The notes below the pieces were generated by a model. It had not been told where the DNA came from. It saw only the letters and a list, made by a program, of their open reading frames with translations, and ran no database searches. The position numbers and the translations under genes are program-made. Source: Pseudomonadota bacterium (GTDB lineage: Bacteria > Pseudomonadota > Gammaproteobacteria > Burkholderiales > SG8-39). From it: a stretch of DNA of 64,000 nt. Below, one piece after another: positions 39,346 to 48,816 of the stretch (position 1 is the stretch's first letter; the number at the start of each line of letters is the position of its first letter). The stretch spans positions 81,428 to 145,427 of the forward strand of contig JAJZPQ010000001.1 in assembly GCA_021811085.1 (NCBI GenBank). Reading direction: 5' to 3'.

Positions 39346-40377
39346 ATGAAACGAGCATTGAGCACTATCGCGCTGGCGCTCGCCGGCGCGGCCGCACTGA
39401 CGCTGCCGCATGGCACTGCTTTCGCACAGGAAAAAATGCGCGTGTCGCTGGATACCAACGCGACGCACGTGCGCAACAAGGGCACCGAGGCGTTCGCCGC
39501 CGAACTGAAAAAACACATCGGCGACAAGATCGCGGTCGAGATTTATCCCAGCGCGCAGCTGTTCCGCGACCGCGACATTCCCAAGGCGTTGCGCCAGAAC
39601 GCGATCGAGATGGGCATCCCGGGTACCTGGCAGCTCGACGGCATCGAGCCCAACACGGCGATCCAGACGCTGCCGATGTTCTACGGCGTGGACGCCGATA
39701 CCGTGCACAAGATCATGGACGGCAAGCTCGGCGACTTCCTCAACAAGCGCATGGAAGAGCGGCTCAAGGTCAAGATCCTGGGCAAGTGGATGGACCTCGG
39801 CTTCCAGCATTTCTACAGCGTGTCCAAGGCGATCAACAAATACGACGACTTGAAGGGCTTGAAAATCCGCTACCCCGGCGGCTCGGCCAACGCTGCGCGC
39901 ATCAAGGCGCTCGGCGCCACGCCGACGCTGATTCCCTGGCCCGATCTGCCGCTCGCGCTGTCCCAGGGGGTGGTCGATGCCGTGACCACCACGCATGAGA
40001 GCTCCGTCACCGCGAAGCTGTGGGATTCCGGCCTCAAATACAGCTTCGAGGATTTCCAGTTCTTCGGCCAGTACGTGCCCATGGTGAGCCTGGACTTCTG
40101 GAACAAGCAGCCGAAGGCCGTGCAGGATGCGCTCAAGGCCTCCTGGGACGCCACGGTAGGGGAGCAGCGCAAGAATGCAGCCGAAGCGCAGCTGAAGGCG
40201 CGCGATATCCTGCTGCAGCATGGGATCAAGATCGCGAGTCCGTCGAAGGCGGAGATCACCGCCGCGAGAAAGCGTCTGATGACGACTCAGGCCGACTTGG
40301 TCAAGGACATGAAAATCGATGCCGACGCAGTGAAGATCGGCTTGGAGGAGCTGCGCGCGGCCGGGGTTGAGTATTGA
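39346..40377 (+). CDS. dctP: TRAP transporter substrate-binding protein
   Basis: Signal peptide; VEIYPSAQLF, DLKGLKIR; followed by the small and large TRAP subunits. Confidence 0.88.
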   Translation: MKRALSTIALALAGAAALTLPHGTAFAQEKMRVSLDTNATHVRNKGTEAFAAELKKHIGDKIAVEIYPSAQLFRDRDIPKALRQNAIEMGIPGTWQLDGIEPNTAIQTLPMFYGVDADTVHKIMDGKLGDFLNKRMEERLKVKILGKWMDLGFQHFYSVSKAINKYDDLKGLKIRYPGGSANAARIKALGATPTLIPWPDLPLALSQGVVDAVTTTHESSVTAKLWDSGLKYSFEDFQFFGQYVPMVSLDFWNKQPKAVQDALKASWDATVGEQRKNAAEAQLKARDILLQHGIKIASPSKAEITAARKRLMTTQADLVKDMKIDADAVKIGLEELRAAGVEY

Positions 40378-40413
40378 TGGGCGGCGCGCGACTCGACCGA
40401 CGCTGATCTAGAC

Positions 40414-40980
40414 GTGACTGTCAGCGCGCCCTCTGAGGTGCCGGGGCAGGCCAAGCTGTCTGCCGCCCTCGCCGAAAAGGCCGAGGCCGAGCTCGCGCCG
40501 CATGCGGCACCGCGCTCGGCCTGGACCAGGATCGAGGAGTCCGTGGTCGGCGGCCTGGCGCTGGCCGCGCTGCTGGTCTGCTCCTACAACGTGTTCGTGC
40601 GCTACTTCGTGCCGCGCTTCACCTGGGAGGCGTCGGACGAGGTGCAGGTCTATCTCGTGATCTGGGGGGTGTTCCTTGCGCTCGGCCTGGTTACCGCGGC
40701 CGATCGCCATGTCCGGGCGGATTTGTTCGTCGCCATGTTCCCGGCCGGTTTTCGCCGCTTCGTCGGCGTCTTCGGCGAACTGCTCGGACTCGCGTTCGCG
40801 CTGCTGCTGCTGGGCTACGGCACTGCCATCACCTGGCAGACCTGGTCCTACGGCGACGTCTCCACCACCGAGCTGCGCTTTCCGCTGTGGATCTATTCGG
40901 CGGCACTCCCGGTCGGCGCGCTGCTGATGAGCGTGGCTTATGTGCAGCGCTGCCTGAAGCTGCTGCGAAAGAAGACATGA
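40414..40980 (+). CDS. dctQ: TRAP transporter small permease
   Basis: VFVRYF, four TM segments, HVRADLF. Confidence 0.85.
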   Translation: MTVSAPSEVPGQAKLSAALAEKAEAELAPHAAPRSAWTRIEESVVGGLALAALLVCSYNVFVRYFVPRFTWEASDEVQVYLVIWGVFLALGLVTAADRHVRADLFVAMFPAGFRRFVGVFGELLGLAFALLLLGYGTAITWQTWSYGDVSTTELRFPLWIYSAALPVGALLMSVAYVQRCLKLLRKKT

Positions 40981-40984
40981 AGCC

Positions 40985-42256
40985 TTGACCTTCGTCTTCC
41001 TCATCCTGTTTCTCGCGCTGCTGGTACTCGGCATTCCGATCTACCTCGCGATGGGCACGACCGGCGCGGTGATGTTCGGCTCGGAGGGCACGCTGCTCGC
41101 GTTCGCGCAGAAGCTCATCGACGAACTCAATTCGCAGACGCTGCTGGCGGTGCCGTATTTCGTGATCGCGGCCACGCTGATGGAGCGCGGCGGCGTGGCC
41201 AAGGCGCTGATCGGGGCCGCCGAGGCCTGGGTCGGCCAGGTGCGCGGCGGCCTCGGCCTGGTGTGCGTGTTCTCCTGCACCGTGTTCGCCGCGATGTGCG
41301 GCTCGTCGGTGGCGACCGCCATCGCCATGGGCACCATCCTGGTGCCGGCGATGCGCGCGCGCGGTTATGAACCGCGTTTCGCCGCGGGCATCGTCGGCGC
41401 CTCGGGCACGCTCGGCATCCTGATTCCGCCCAGCCTCGCCTTCGTCGTGTTCGGCGTGCTCGCCGACGAATCGATTCCGCGGCTGTTCCTCGCGGGCGTG
41501 GTGCCGGGTCTGATCCAGGCTTCGCTGCTCGCGAGCTATATCTTCTGGTACAGCCATCGCCACAATTACGCGCGCGGCGAGCGCCTGCCCGGTGCCGAGC
41601 GCCTGCGCCGCACCGTCTACGCGATACCGGCGTTCATGGTGCCGGTGATCGTGCTCGGCGGGCTGTACAGCGGCATCGTCACGCTGACCGAATCGGCCGC
41701 GCTGTCGGCGGTGGTGGCGATCGTGCTGTCGCTGTTCGTCTATCGCGGCATGCGCATGCGCGAATTGTTGCCGGTGCTGGCCGATGCGATCCGCAACGCC
41801 GCGGCGATCATGATCATCATCGCGGTGGCGCTCGCGTTCGGCCACTGGATCACGGAGACCGGCATCGCCACGCGCGCGGTGGAACTGGTTACCGAGTGGC
41901 GCATCCAGGGCTGGCAGTTCCTGGTGGTGGTCAACATCGTGCTGCTGATCCTGGGCATGTTCCTGGAAGTGTTCTCGGTGATGTTGCTGACGCTGCCGGT
42001 GATTATTCCGATGCTGAAGCCGCTGGGCATCGATCCGATTCATTTCGGCGTGGTCATGGTGATCAATATGGAACTCGCGCTGCTCACGCCGCCGGTCGGA
42101 CTGAACCTGTTCGTGATCGCGAACATCTCGCGCACGCCGCTGGCCGAGGTGGTGCGCGGCACGCTGCCTTTCATCGTGCTCATGCTCGGCTTGCTGCTGT
42201 TGATCACCTATGTGCCGATAATTTCAACCTGGCTGCCGCATCTGCTGATGCACTGA
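40985..42256 (+). CDS. dctM: TRAP transporter large permease
   Basis: LLAVPYF, GSSVATA, LGILIPPS, LLTPPVGLNLF. Confidence 0.92.
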   Translation: MTFVFLILFLALLVLGIPIYLAMGTTGAVMFGSEGTLLAFAQKLIDELNSQTLLAVPYFVIAATLMERGGVAKALIGAAEAWVGQVRGGLGLVCVFSCTVFAAMCGSSVATAIAMGTILVPAMRARGYEPRFAAGIVGASGTLGILIPPSLAFVVFGVLADESIPRLFLAGVVPGLIQASLLASYIFWYSHRHNYARGERLPGAERLRRTVYAIPAFMVPVIVLGGLYSGIVTLTESAALSAVVAIVLSLFVYRGMRMRELLPVLADAIRNAAAIMIIIAVALAFGHWITETGIATRAVELVTEWRIQGWQFLVVVNIVLLILGMFLEVFSVMLLTLPVIIPMLKPLGIDPIHFGVVMVINMELALLTPPVGLNLFVIANISRTPLAEVVRGTLPFIVLMLGLLLLITYVPIISTWLPHLLMH

Positions 42257-42259
42257 GGT

Positions 42260-43444
42260 TCATGCGGTCACGGCGCGCCTGAGCGCGGCAGCGCGGTCGG
42301 TCTTCTCCCAGGTGAAGTCCGGAAGCTCGCGCCCGAAGTGACCGTACACCGAGGTCTGCGCGTAGATCGGACGCTGCAGATCGAGCGCCGCGATGATGCC
42401 CGCGGGCGTGAAATCGAAAAATGCGCGCATGACCTCCTCCAGCATCGCCTCGTCCACGCTGCACGTGCCGTGGGTATCGAGGCCGACGCACAGCGGCTCG
42501 GGTACGCCGATGGCATAGGCGAGCTGCAGCGTGCAGCGGCGCGCGAGTCGCGCCGCCACCACCTGCTTCGCCGCGTAGCGCGCCATGTACGCCGCGGAGC
42601 GGTCGACCTTGGTCGGATCCTTGCCGGAAAAGCTGCCGCCGCCGTGCGCGCAGCTGCCGCCGTAGCTGTCGACGATGATCTTCCTGCCGGTGAGCCCGGT
42701 GTCGCCCTTGGGGCCGCCGACGACGAAGCGTCCGGTGGGATTGATCAGGCACTCGAAGCGGGGCGAGCGCAACTGCGCCGGGATCGCAGCCTCGATGATT
42801 TCGCGGCGCACGGCGCGGCGCAATGCGTCCAGGCCGACCCCGCGCGCATGCTGGGTGGAGAGCACGACCTTTTCCACTGCCAGGGCGCCGCCGTCCTCGC
42901 AGCGCAGCGTCACCTGCGCTTTTGCGTCCGGGCGCAGCCATGGCAGGGCACCCGATCTTCTGACCTCGGCCTGGCGCCGCACCAGCGCATGCGCGAGCAA
43001 CGGGGCGAGCGGCATCAGCTGCGGCGTCTCGTCACAGGCGAAACCGAACATCATGCCCTGGTCGCCGGCGCCGATCACGCCGCCGCCGCGGCTCACTCCC
43101 TGGTCGATGTCGGGCGACTGCCGATTGAAGGCGAGCCTCACTTCGACCGCATCCGGATCGCAACCGGTGTCGGCGTCCTCGGTGCTGGCGCGATAGCCGA
43201 TTCGGCGCAGCGTCTGGCGCACGATGTCGGCGGCTCCGGCTTCGATCGCGCTGAACACGGGCGCGGCGGTCCTGAATTCGCCGGCCACGACGATGAGGCG
43301 GTGGGTGACGAAGGCCTGGCAGGATACGTGCGCCGCCGAATCTTCGCGCAGGAACGCGTCGAGAACCGCGTCCGAGATTTGATCGGCGATCTTGTCCGGA
43401 TGGCCTTCGGACACCGATTCGGAGGTGAACAGACGGCTGCGCAT
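42260..43444 (-). CDS. metK: S-adenosylmethionine synthetase (divergent copy)
   Basis: FTSESVSEGHPDK, GAGDQG, GLTGRKIIVD, SGKDPTKVDRS. Confidence 0.92.
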   Translation of the reverse strand: MRSRLFTSESVSEGHPDKIADQISDAVLDAFLREDSAAHVSCQAFVTHRLIVVAGEFRTAAPVFSAIEAGAADIVRQTLRRIGYRASTEDADTGCDPDAVEVRLAFNRQSPDIDQGVSRGGGVIGAGDQGMMFGFACDETPQLMPLAPLLAHALVRRQAEVRRSGALPWLRPDAKAQVTLRCEDGGALAVEKVVLSTQHARGVGLDALRRAVRREIIEAAIPAQLRSPRFECLINPTGRFVVGGPKGDTGLTGRKIIVDSYGGSCAHGGGSFSGKDPTKVDRSAAYMARYAAKQVVAARLARRCTLQLAYAIGVPEPLCVGLDTHGTCSVDEAMLEEVMRAFFDFTPAGIIAALDLQRPIYAQTSVYGHFGRELPDFTWEKTDRAAALRRAVTA

Positions 43445-43459
43445 GAGCCCCCGCAACGC

Positions 43460-45094
43460 TTAATCGACGCTGCGCAAAAACGGCTTCGGCTTGGCGATGC
43501 CGAAGCCCTGCGCATAATCGACGCCGGCCGCCCGCAGCAGCTCCAGACCGTCGTCGCTCTCGACCATTTCTGCGATGGTGCGCATCCCGATTACCTTGCT
43601 CACGCGCTGTATCGCGCGTACTTTGGCCAGCGCCTCCGGCACGCGCAGGATCTGCAGAATGATGCTGCCGTCAATCTTGAGGAAATCCAGCGGCAGCGCC
43701 TTGACGTGCTCGAAGCCGATGCCGCCGCGGCCAAATCCGTCGAGCGTGATGCGGCAGCCCAGCGGCTTGAGCTCGCGCGCACAGCGCGTGGCCTCGGGCA
43801 GACAGGCAAGCGCATCGCCGTCGTCTATCTCGAAGCACAGAGCCTGACCCGAGACGCGGCTATGCTCCAGGGTGCGCGCGACGAACTCCGGAAACGAGCG
43901 GTCCTCGATGGTGCTGCGTGCGAGGTTGATGCACAGTACCGCGGCGGCGGCCCCGTTTGCCGCCGCACCCGCCGCCGCGCGCGCGGCGATCGCCTTGCGC
44001 ACTACGAAGCGGTCGATGTCGGGCATCATGTTGAAGCGCTCGGCAATGGGCAGGAAAGTGCCCGGCGGCACCATGTTGCGTTCCTCGTCGTGCATGCGGA
44101 TGAGCAGTTCTTGCATGGTCTTGAGCTGCGCATCGGCGCCCAGGGCGACGATGTCCTGTGCATACAGATCGAAGCCGTCGTGCTGGATCGCATCGAGGAT
44201 GCGCTCGCGCGGATTGCCCCAGCCGCTCAGCTCCTCAGTAAGCGAACTGAGGTAGACCGCGTTGCCGCTTTCGTCGGCAATCATGAGCTTGGTCGCGCCA
44301 TGCCGCGCTGCGCCTGTTGCGTCCACCTCTGGCGCATGCTCCGCCGCCGCGGCGGGCGCCTGCTCCTCCTTGATCAGCAACAGTGCGCCGCCGACCGCAT
44401 TGGCGGCGTCGCGCCGCGGAAAGCACTCAGCCGTGACGCGCTGCTCGCTGCCGTCGCGCCGCAGCAGGGTCAGCGCGAGCTGACCCGCGCGTCCGGCGAG
44501 TGCATCGAGCAGCAGCGGGCGCAGCAGTTCGGCGTTGCGCGGCGGCAGCGCGTCTTCGAATGCGAAACCGTCGATGCGCTCTGAGGGCACGCCGGTCCAG
44601 GCGGAAAATGCGCGTGTATGGAAACGGTAACGCCGGCTTTGATCGACATAAGCCGCGATTTCTCCGAGGTGCAGCCCGAGCATCGCCAGCATGCTTTCCG
44701 CGGCGAGCTTGCCGCGCGCCGCGCCCTGGTGCGCTTCAGCTTCGCGCGTGAGGCGCGCGCGATCCTGCTGGTGCAGTGCAAGTTCGCGCTCCAGCTGCTC
44801 GCGCGTTCCGCGATGCTGCTCGATTTCCGCGCTCAGGCGCTGTCTGAAATGCGCGACTTCGGCCGTGCGCCGCGCCATGCGCCAGCCGCTTTTCCAGGTG
44901 GCGCTGACCAGCGACAGCACCGAGGCGAACAGAATGCCGGCGAGGAACGTGACCCATTGCCAGTCGAAATCGGTGAAGAACATCGTGATCACCAGCAGCA
45001 CGATCAGGATCAGCGTGAATACCGAGGGCAGCAGTACGCGCAGCAGCGGTCCTAGGCGCAGGCGTCGGCGTAGGCGTTCGTTGGGCTCGGTCAT
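43460..45094 (-). CDS. Membrane-anchored PAS + EAL domain protein
   Basis: Two N-terminal TM segments, coiled coil, PAS-like region; EAL domain (ELLIRM, INLA, FEI, LDGFG, LKIDGS, IAEMVE, AQGF); no GGDEF. Confidence 0.82.
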   Translation of the reverse strand: MTEPNERLRRRLRLGPLLRVLLPSVFTLILIVLLVITMFFTDFDWQWVTFLAGILFASVLSLVSATWKSGWRMARRTAEVAHFRQRLSAEIEQHRGTREQLERELALHQQDRARLTREAEAHQGAARGKLAAESMLAMLGLHLGEIAAYVDQSRRYRFHTRAFSAWTGVPSERIDGFAFEDALPPRNAELLRPLLLDALAGRAGQLALTLLRRDGSEQRVTAECFPRRDAANAVGGALLLIKEEQAPAAAAEHAPEVDATGAARHGATKLMIADESGNAVYLSSLTEELSGWGNPRERILDAIQHDGFDLYAQDIVALGADAQLKTMQELLIRMHDEERNMVPPGTFLPIAERFNMMPDIDRFVVRKAIAARAAAGAAANGAAAAVLCINLARSTIEDRSFPEFVARTLEHSRVSGQALCFEIDDGDALACLPEATRCARELKPLGCRITLDGFGRGGIGFEHVKALPLDFLKIDGSIILQILRVPEALAKVRAIQRVSKVIGMRTIAEMVESDDGLELLRAAGVDYAQGFGIAKPKPFLRSVD

Positions 45095-45233
45095 GGCGTT
45101 TCGCTTTCGAGCGCGCGCCCGCGCTCCCGCGGCAGGGCACAGGAAAGCTGCGCCACGGGGCACTGGGCGGCGTGGATCCGATTCGAAGGGGATATTGTAG
45201 CCTGCGCCAAGGTAGTCCGAGCCAACGGGGCGT

Positions 45234-46835
45234 TCACGCCGGCTCCAGACCGAGGCGGCGCGCCAGCGCAGCCGCTTCGGGCGCGGCGACGCCGCGCTCC
45301 GCGTCGATGGTCATCGTGTACCCGGCCTCCTCCGGCGCGGGCGCTTGCGCGCGCGCCATCTGGAGATCGAGCACGGCGAGACCGGCCTCGGAGGCGTCGC
45401 GCGCTTCGTGCTCGCGCGCGCGCACGCGCTGGCGCAGCGTGGCCGGCGAAGCGCTGCACGCGGCGATGACAAAGCGCGCGCCTGCGTCGCGCGCCAGCGC
45501 GGCAAAGCGGTCGCGCTCGGCGCGTTGCAGAAAAGCCGCGTCGACGATGACCGGATAGCGCGCCGCGAGCGCGCCGCGCGCAAGCTCGCGCAGGCGCGCA
45601 TAGGTGCGCTCATTCGCCTCCGGCGCATACAGACCCGCGCCCAGCCCCGAGTCCGAGCGCGCCTGCGGCGCGATGCCAAACAGGCGTTTGCGCTCCACGT
45701 CCGAGCGCAGGCGCACCGCGCCCAGCGCTTCGAGCAGGCTCTGCGCGACGGTGGTTTTGCCCGAGCCCGACAGTCCGTGCATGATCAGCAGCGCTGCGTG
45801 CGCGTGCGTGCTCAGGCGCGCAGCCAGCTGCAGGCGGCGCCGGTAGGCGTGCTCGACCTCGCCCCTGTCTTCGCGCGCAAGGTCCGTCTGATGCGCCCGC
45901 AGGCAGGATACTTTCGCGCGTACCAGCGCGCGATAGACGAGGTAGAAACGCAGCACGCGCAGGCCGCCGTAGTCGCCGGTTACTTCCAGATAGGCATTGA
46001 GAAAGCGAAACGCGAGCCGCGACAGCCCATGATCGAGCAAGTCCATCATCAGGAACGCAACTTCATTGATGACGTCGGTCCAGCGGAAGTCCGCGTTGAA
46101 CTCGATGCAGTCGAACGGCGTAGGCACGCCGTCGAGCAATGCGATGTTGCCGAGGTGCAGGTCGCCATGGCATTCGCGCACCCAGCCGTCACGCTTGCGC
46201 ACGGCGAATTCCGCCGAGAGTGCCGCGTATTCGCGCTCGGCCCAGTCGCGCAGCCGCGCGAGCAGCGCGATATCGGTCCTGGCGCTTGCGAGCGGCAGCA
46301 TCTGGTCGAAGTTCTGCAGCGCCGGGGCAAGGATGCGCTGCGGACTGCCGTAGGCGTCGCTTGGGTCCGCACGCTCGATCTGCGCGTGAAACGCGGCGAC
46401 GCCGCGCGCAAGCGCGTCGACGTGCGCAGGCAGGAGCGCGCCGCGCCGCGCCATGCGGTCGAGCAGGTGCTTCTGCTCGAAGCGGCGCATGCGCAGCGCA
46501 TATTCGATCGGCGCGCCGCCACCGCCGATCACCGGCGCCGATGGGCTGCCGCCGATCGCGATCACGTCCAGGTACAGTGCGGGCGCGGTGCGCCGGTTCA
46601 AGCGCAGTTCTTCCTCGCAATAGTGGCGGCGCGCGGCGAGCGTGCTGAAATCCAGAAAGCCGAGGTTGACCGGTTTCTTGATCTTGTAGGCATAGTCACC
46701 GGCCAGCAGGATGCACGAGATGTGCGTTTGCAGCAGTTCGACGCGCTCGACCGCATGCGCATAGCGCGCAGGCTCGCGCAGCGCCGCGAGCAGCCGGTCC
46801 AGCGCGGCGGCGCCGCTGTCGTGCGCGGTGTCCAA
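45234..46835 (-). CDS. Bifunctional APH-like/AAA_33 kinase protein
   Basis: LQTHISCILL..YAYKIKKPVNLGFLDFST, RECHGDLHLGN, GLSGSGKT; TTG start inferred. Confidence 0.82.
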   Translation of the reverse strand: MDTAHDSGAAALDRLLAALREPARYAHAVERVELLQTHISCILLAGDYAYKIKKPVNLGFLDFSTLAARRHYCEEELRLNRRTAPALYLDVIAIGGSPSAPVIGGGGAPIEYALRMRRFEQKHLLDRMARRGALLPAHVDALARGVAAFHAQIERADPSDAYGSPQRILAPALQNFDQMLPLASARTDIALLARLRDWAEREYAALSAEFAVRKRDGWVRECHGDLHLGNIALLDGVPTPFDCIEFNADFRWTDVINEVAFLMMDLLDHGLSRLAFRFLNAYLEVTGDYGGLRVLRFYLVYRALVRAKVSCLRAHQTDLAREDRGEVEHAYRRRLQLAARLSTHAHAALLIMHGLSGSGKTTVAQSLLEALGAVRLRSDVERKRLFGIAPQARSDSGLGAGLYAPEANERTYARLRELARGALAARYPVIVDAAFLQRAERDRFAALARDAGARFVIAACSASPATLRQRVRAREHEARDASEAGLAVLDLQMARAQAPAPEEAGYTMTIDAERGVAAPEAAALARRLGLEPA

Positions 46836-47075
46836 TCCGGGGCGGGTGGGCAAGGGCAATCTCCGAATGCGGTACTTCCTTGCGCTCAAGCTACTCCGCC
46901 TGCGCCGCGCCCGCTTGAGCAAGATCAAGCATGGGCAGCTGCGCCGGCGCCGGCTCGGCACCAAGACCCTGTGGCAATCATGGGTATGCATAGCGGGCGG
47001 ATGTGGCATATTGCGGCTGCGGCAACGACAATAACAAGACATAAATAACTAAAAACTCAGGGTGGGGCTGGACGC

Positions 47076-47789
47076 ATGAACGTAAAAGCCGAGTCGAAGG
47101 CGCTTGAGCCGCTGCGGCCTCAGGCCGTTCCCGGTTACCTGCAGGAAACCTACTGGTGGGCCTACGTCCACCCGAACGCGGTGAGTTTTTTCGAGCGGCA
47201 GTGGCTGGTCAATCTGATTCTGTGGGGCAACTTCGCGCGGCTGCGCGACGCCGCGTTGGCGGAGCTCGGGCGCGAAGTTCCAGGGCGCACGCTGCAGGTC
47301 GCCTGCGTCTATGGCAATTTTACCGAGCATCTTGCTGCGCGCGTGGCTCCGGGCGGCCAGCTCGACGTCGTCGATGTGCTGCCGATCCAGTTGCGCAATC
47401 TGCGCCAGAAACTTTCGCCCTTGGCGCCGGTAACGCTGCACCAGTACGACTCGACTGCGCTTGGCTTCGAGGGCGCGAGCTTCGATCAGGCGATCGTGTT
47501 TTTTCTGTTGCACGAACAGCCGGCGGCGGCGCGCAGGCAGACGCTGCGCGAAGCGCTGCGGGTGGTCAAACCCGGCGGCAAGCTGGTGCTGGTCGATTAT
47601 CACCTGCCGCGCCGGCTGCATCCGCTGCGCTATCTGTTCCGGCCGGTGTTGCATGCGCTCGAGCCGTTCGCGCTCGATCTGTGGCGGCACGAGATCATGG
47701 AATGGCTGCCCGAGGGTGTGAGTGCGGCGCAGATACGCAAACAGACTTATTACGGCGGTCTCTATCAGAAGCTGGTGATCTCGGTGTAG
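47076..47789 (+). CDS. rquA: Rhodoquinone biosynthesis protein RquA
   Basis: VPGYLQETYWWAYVHP..V.FFERQWLVNLILWGN, LQVACVYG, FFLLHEQP are the characteristic RquA sequence. Confidence 0.9.
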   Translation: MNVKAESKALEPLRPQAVPGYLQETYWWAYVHPNAVSFFERQWLVNLILWGNFARLRDAALAELGREVPGRTLQVACVYGNFTEHLAARVAPGGQLDVVDVLPIQLRNLRQKLSPLAPVTLHQYDSTALGFEGASFDQAIVFFLLHEQPAAARRQTLREALRVVKPGGKLVLVDYHLPRRLHPLRYLFRPVLHALEPFALDLWRHEIMEWLPEGVSAAQIRKQTYYGGLYQKLVISV

Positions 47790-47811
47790 TTCGCGACTGA
47801 TCGCACCAAGC

Positions 47812-47825
47812 TTGACCTTGATCAA
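47812..47825. promoter_or_regulatory. FNR/ANR-type box (one mismatch)
   Basis: TTGAC-CTTG-ATCAA, followed by TATAGT/TATGAT at 47854-47864. Confidence 0.55.
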
Positions 47826-48036
47826 ATGCGGCAGTGCTAGCCGGCGAACGGTTTATAGTATGATTCGCGTAGGGGGATAAGCTGCCGTAGCGCGGCCTAG
47901 TCCCGGACCCGCCCCCGCTGGGCTGATGCCAGCGCGCCGAGGCTTGCACCTTGGGCGGAGTTCTGAAGCGGCACGGGCCGCACACAGCGCGGCGTAAGCC
48001 GTGCGCCGCAAGCAGGCACTGGGTGCCACCGCAGCG

Positions 48037-48310
48037 TTAGGGTCTGTTAACGCTTATCGCATGAGACGCGTTGTCTCCAAATGCGGATGACTGCAAGGCG
48101 CGCGACGAAGCCAAGGGTGGTTCCCTTGGCGAGGAGCGCAACGCCGCAGGCGCCGCATTTGGAGGCAACCCGAAGGGATGGGGATAATTTGGGCGCATCG
48201 CGGCGTTGCTCGTCGCTTGTTTGGAATGACCAAACGGCACTCCTCGCGCCTTGCGCTGCATCCCAAATTATCCCCATCGCGCTCATGCGATAAGCGTTAA
48301 CAGACCCTAA
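48037..48310. mobile_element. MITE-like element with 29-bp perfect terminal inverted repeats
   Basis: TTAGGGTCTGTTAACGCTTATCGCATGAG (48037-48065) and its exact reverse complement (48282-48310); no transposase inside; internal hairpins. Confidence 0.8.
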
Positions 48311-48347
48311 AGCGCGTTCCCAAGGGAAAATACGGAGAGCTATTGGC

Positions 48348-48776
48348 ATGAACACACGAATGGCAAGCGACGAAGTCACCGACGACATCGCCGCGATCGA
48401 GATGCATCGACAGGGTACCGAGCAGGAATCGGGACTGGTGATGGCGTGCAGCGAGGCGCTGCGCAAATTGCAGGCTTTGCTTGAACAGGAGAAAGAAGCC
48501 CTGCGCTTGCACGGTCAGGAATCGGTGCATGCGATCAATGTCGAAGTGGTGGCCAACGAAATCAAGCGCGTGCAGTCCATGACCGGCGGCAAAGGCCAGG
48601 GCGCAATGCCCAGAAATGCGAATGCGCGGCCGCGAGGGCAGCAGCCGCCGCGTCCGGAGAAAGCACATAATGCCCCGAGGAATCGCGGCCGCAGGACCAT
48701 GGGTCGCAGCGGTGGTCGCGGCGGTGGCCGCGGCGGCGGCGGTAACGGTGGCGGCGCGGGGCCCGGCGTTCGTTAG
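48348..48776 (+). CDS. Hypothetical protein with helical N-terminus and RGG-rich tail
   Basis: RBS GGAG; C-terminus GRSGGRGGGRGGGGNGGG. Confidence 0.65.
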   Translation: MNTRMASDEVTDDIAAIEMHRQGTEQESGLVMACSEALRKLQALLEQEKEALRLHGQESVHAINVEVVANEIKRVQSMTGGKGQGAMPRNANARPRGQQPPRPEKAHNAPRNRGRRTMGRSGGRGGGRGGGGNGGGAGPGVR

Positions 48777-48816
48777 TTCATTTTCATGTTCGCGCCGATA
48801 CCCTGCGGGAGCTTGC

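Noticed and set aside
46867-47034. Basic small ORF MRYFLALKLLRLRRAR between divergent genes
   Set aside because: No clear RBS or recognisable family; may be promoter DNA
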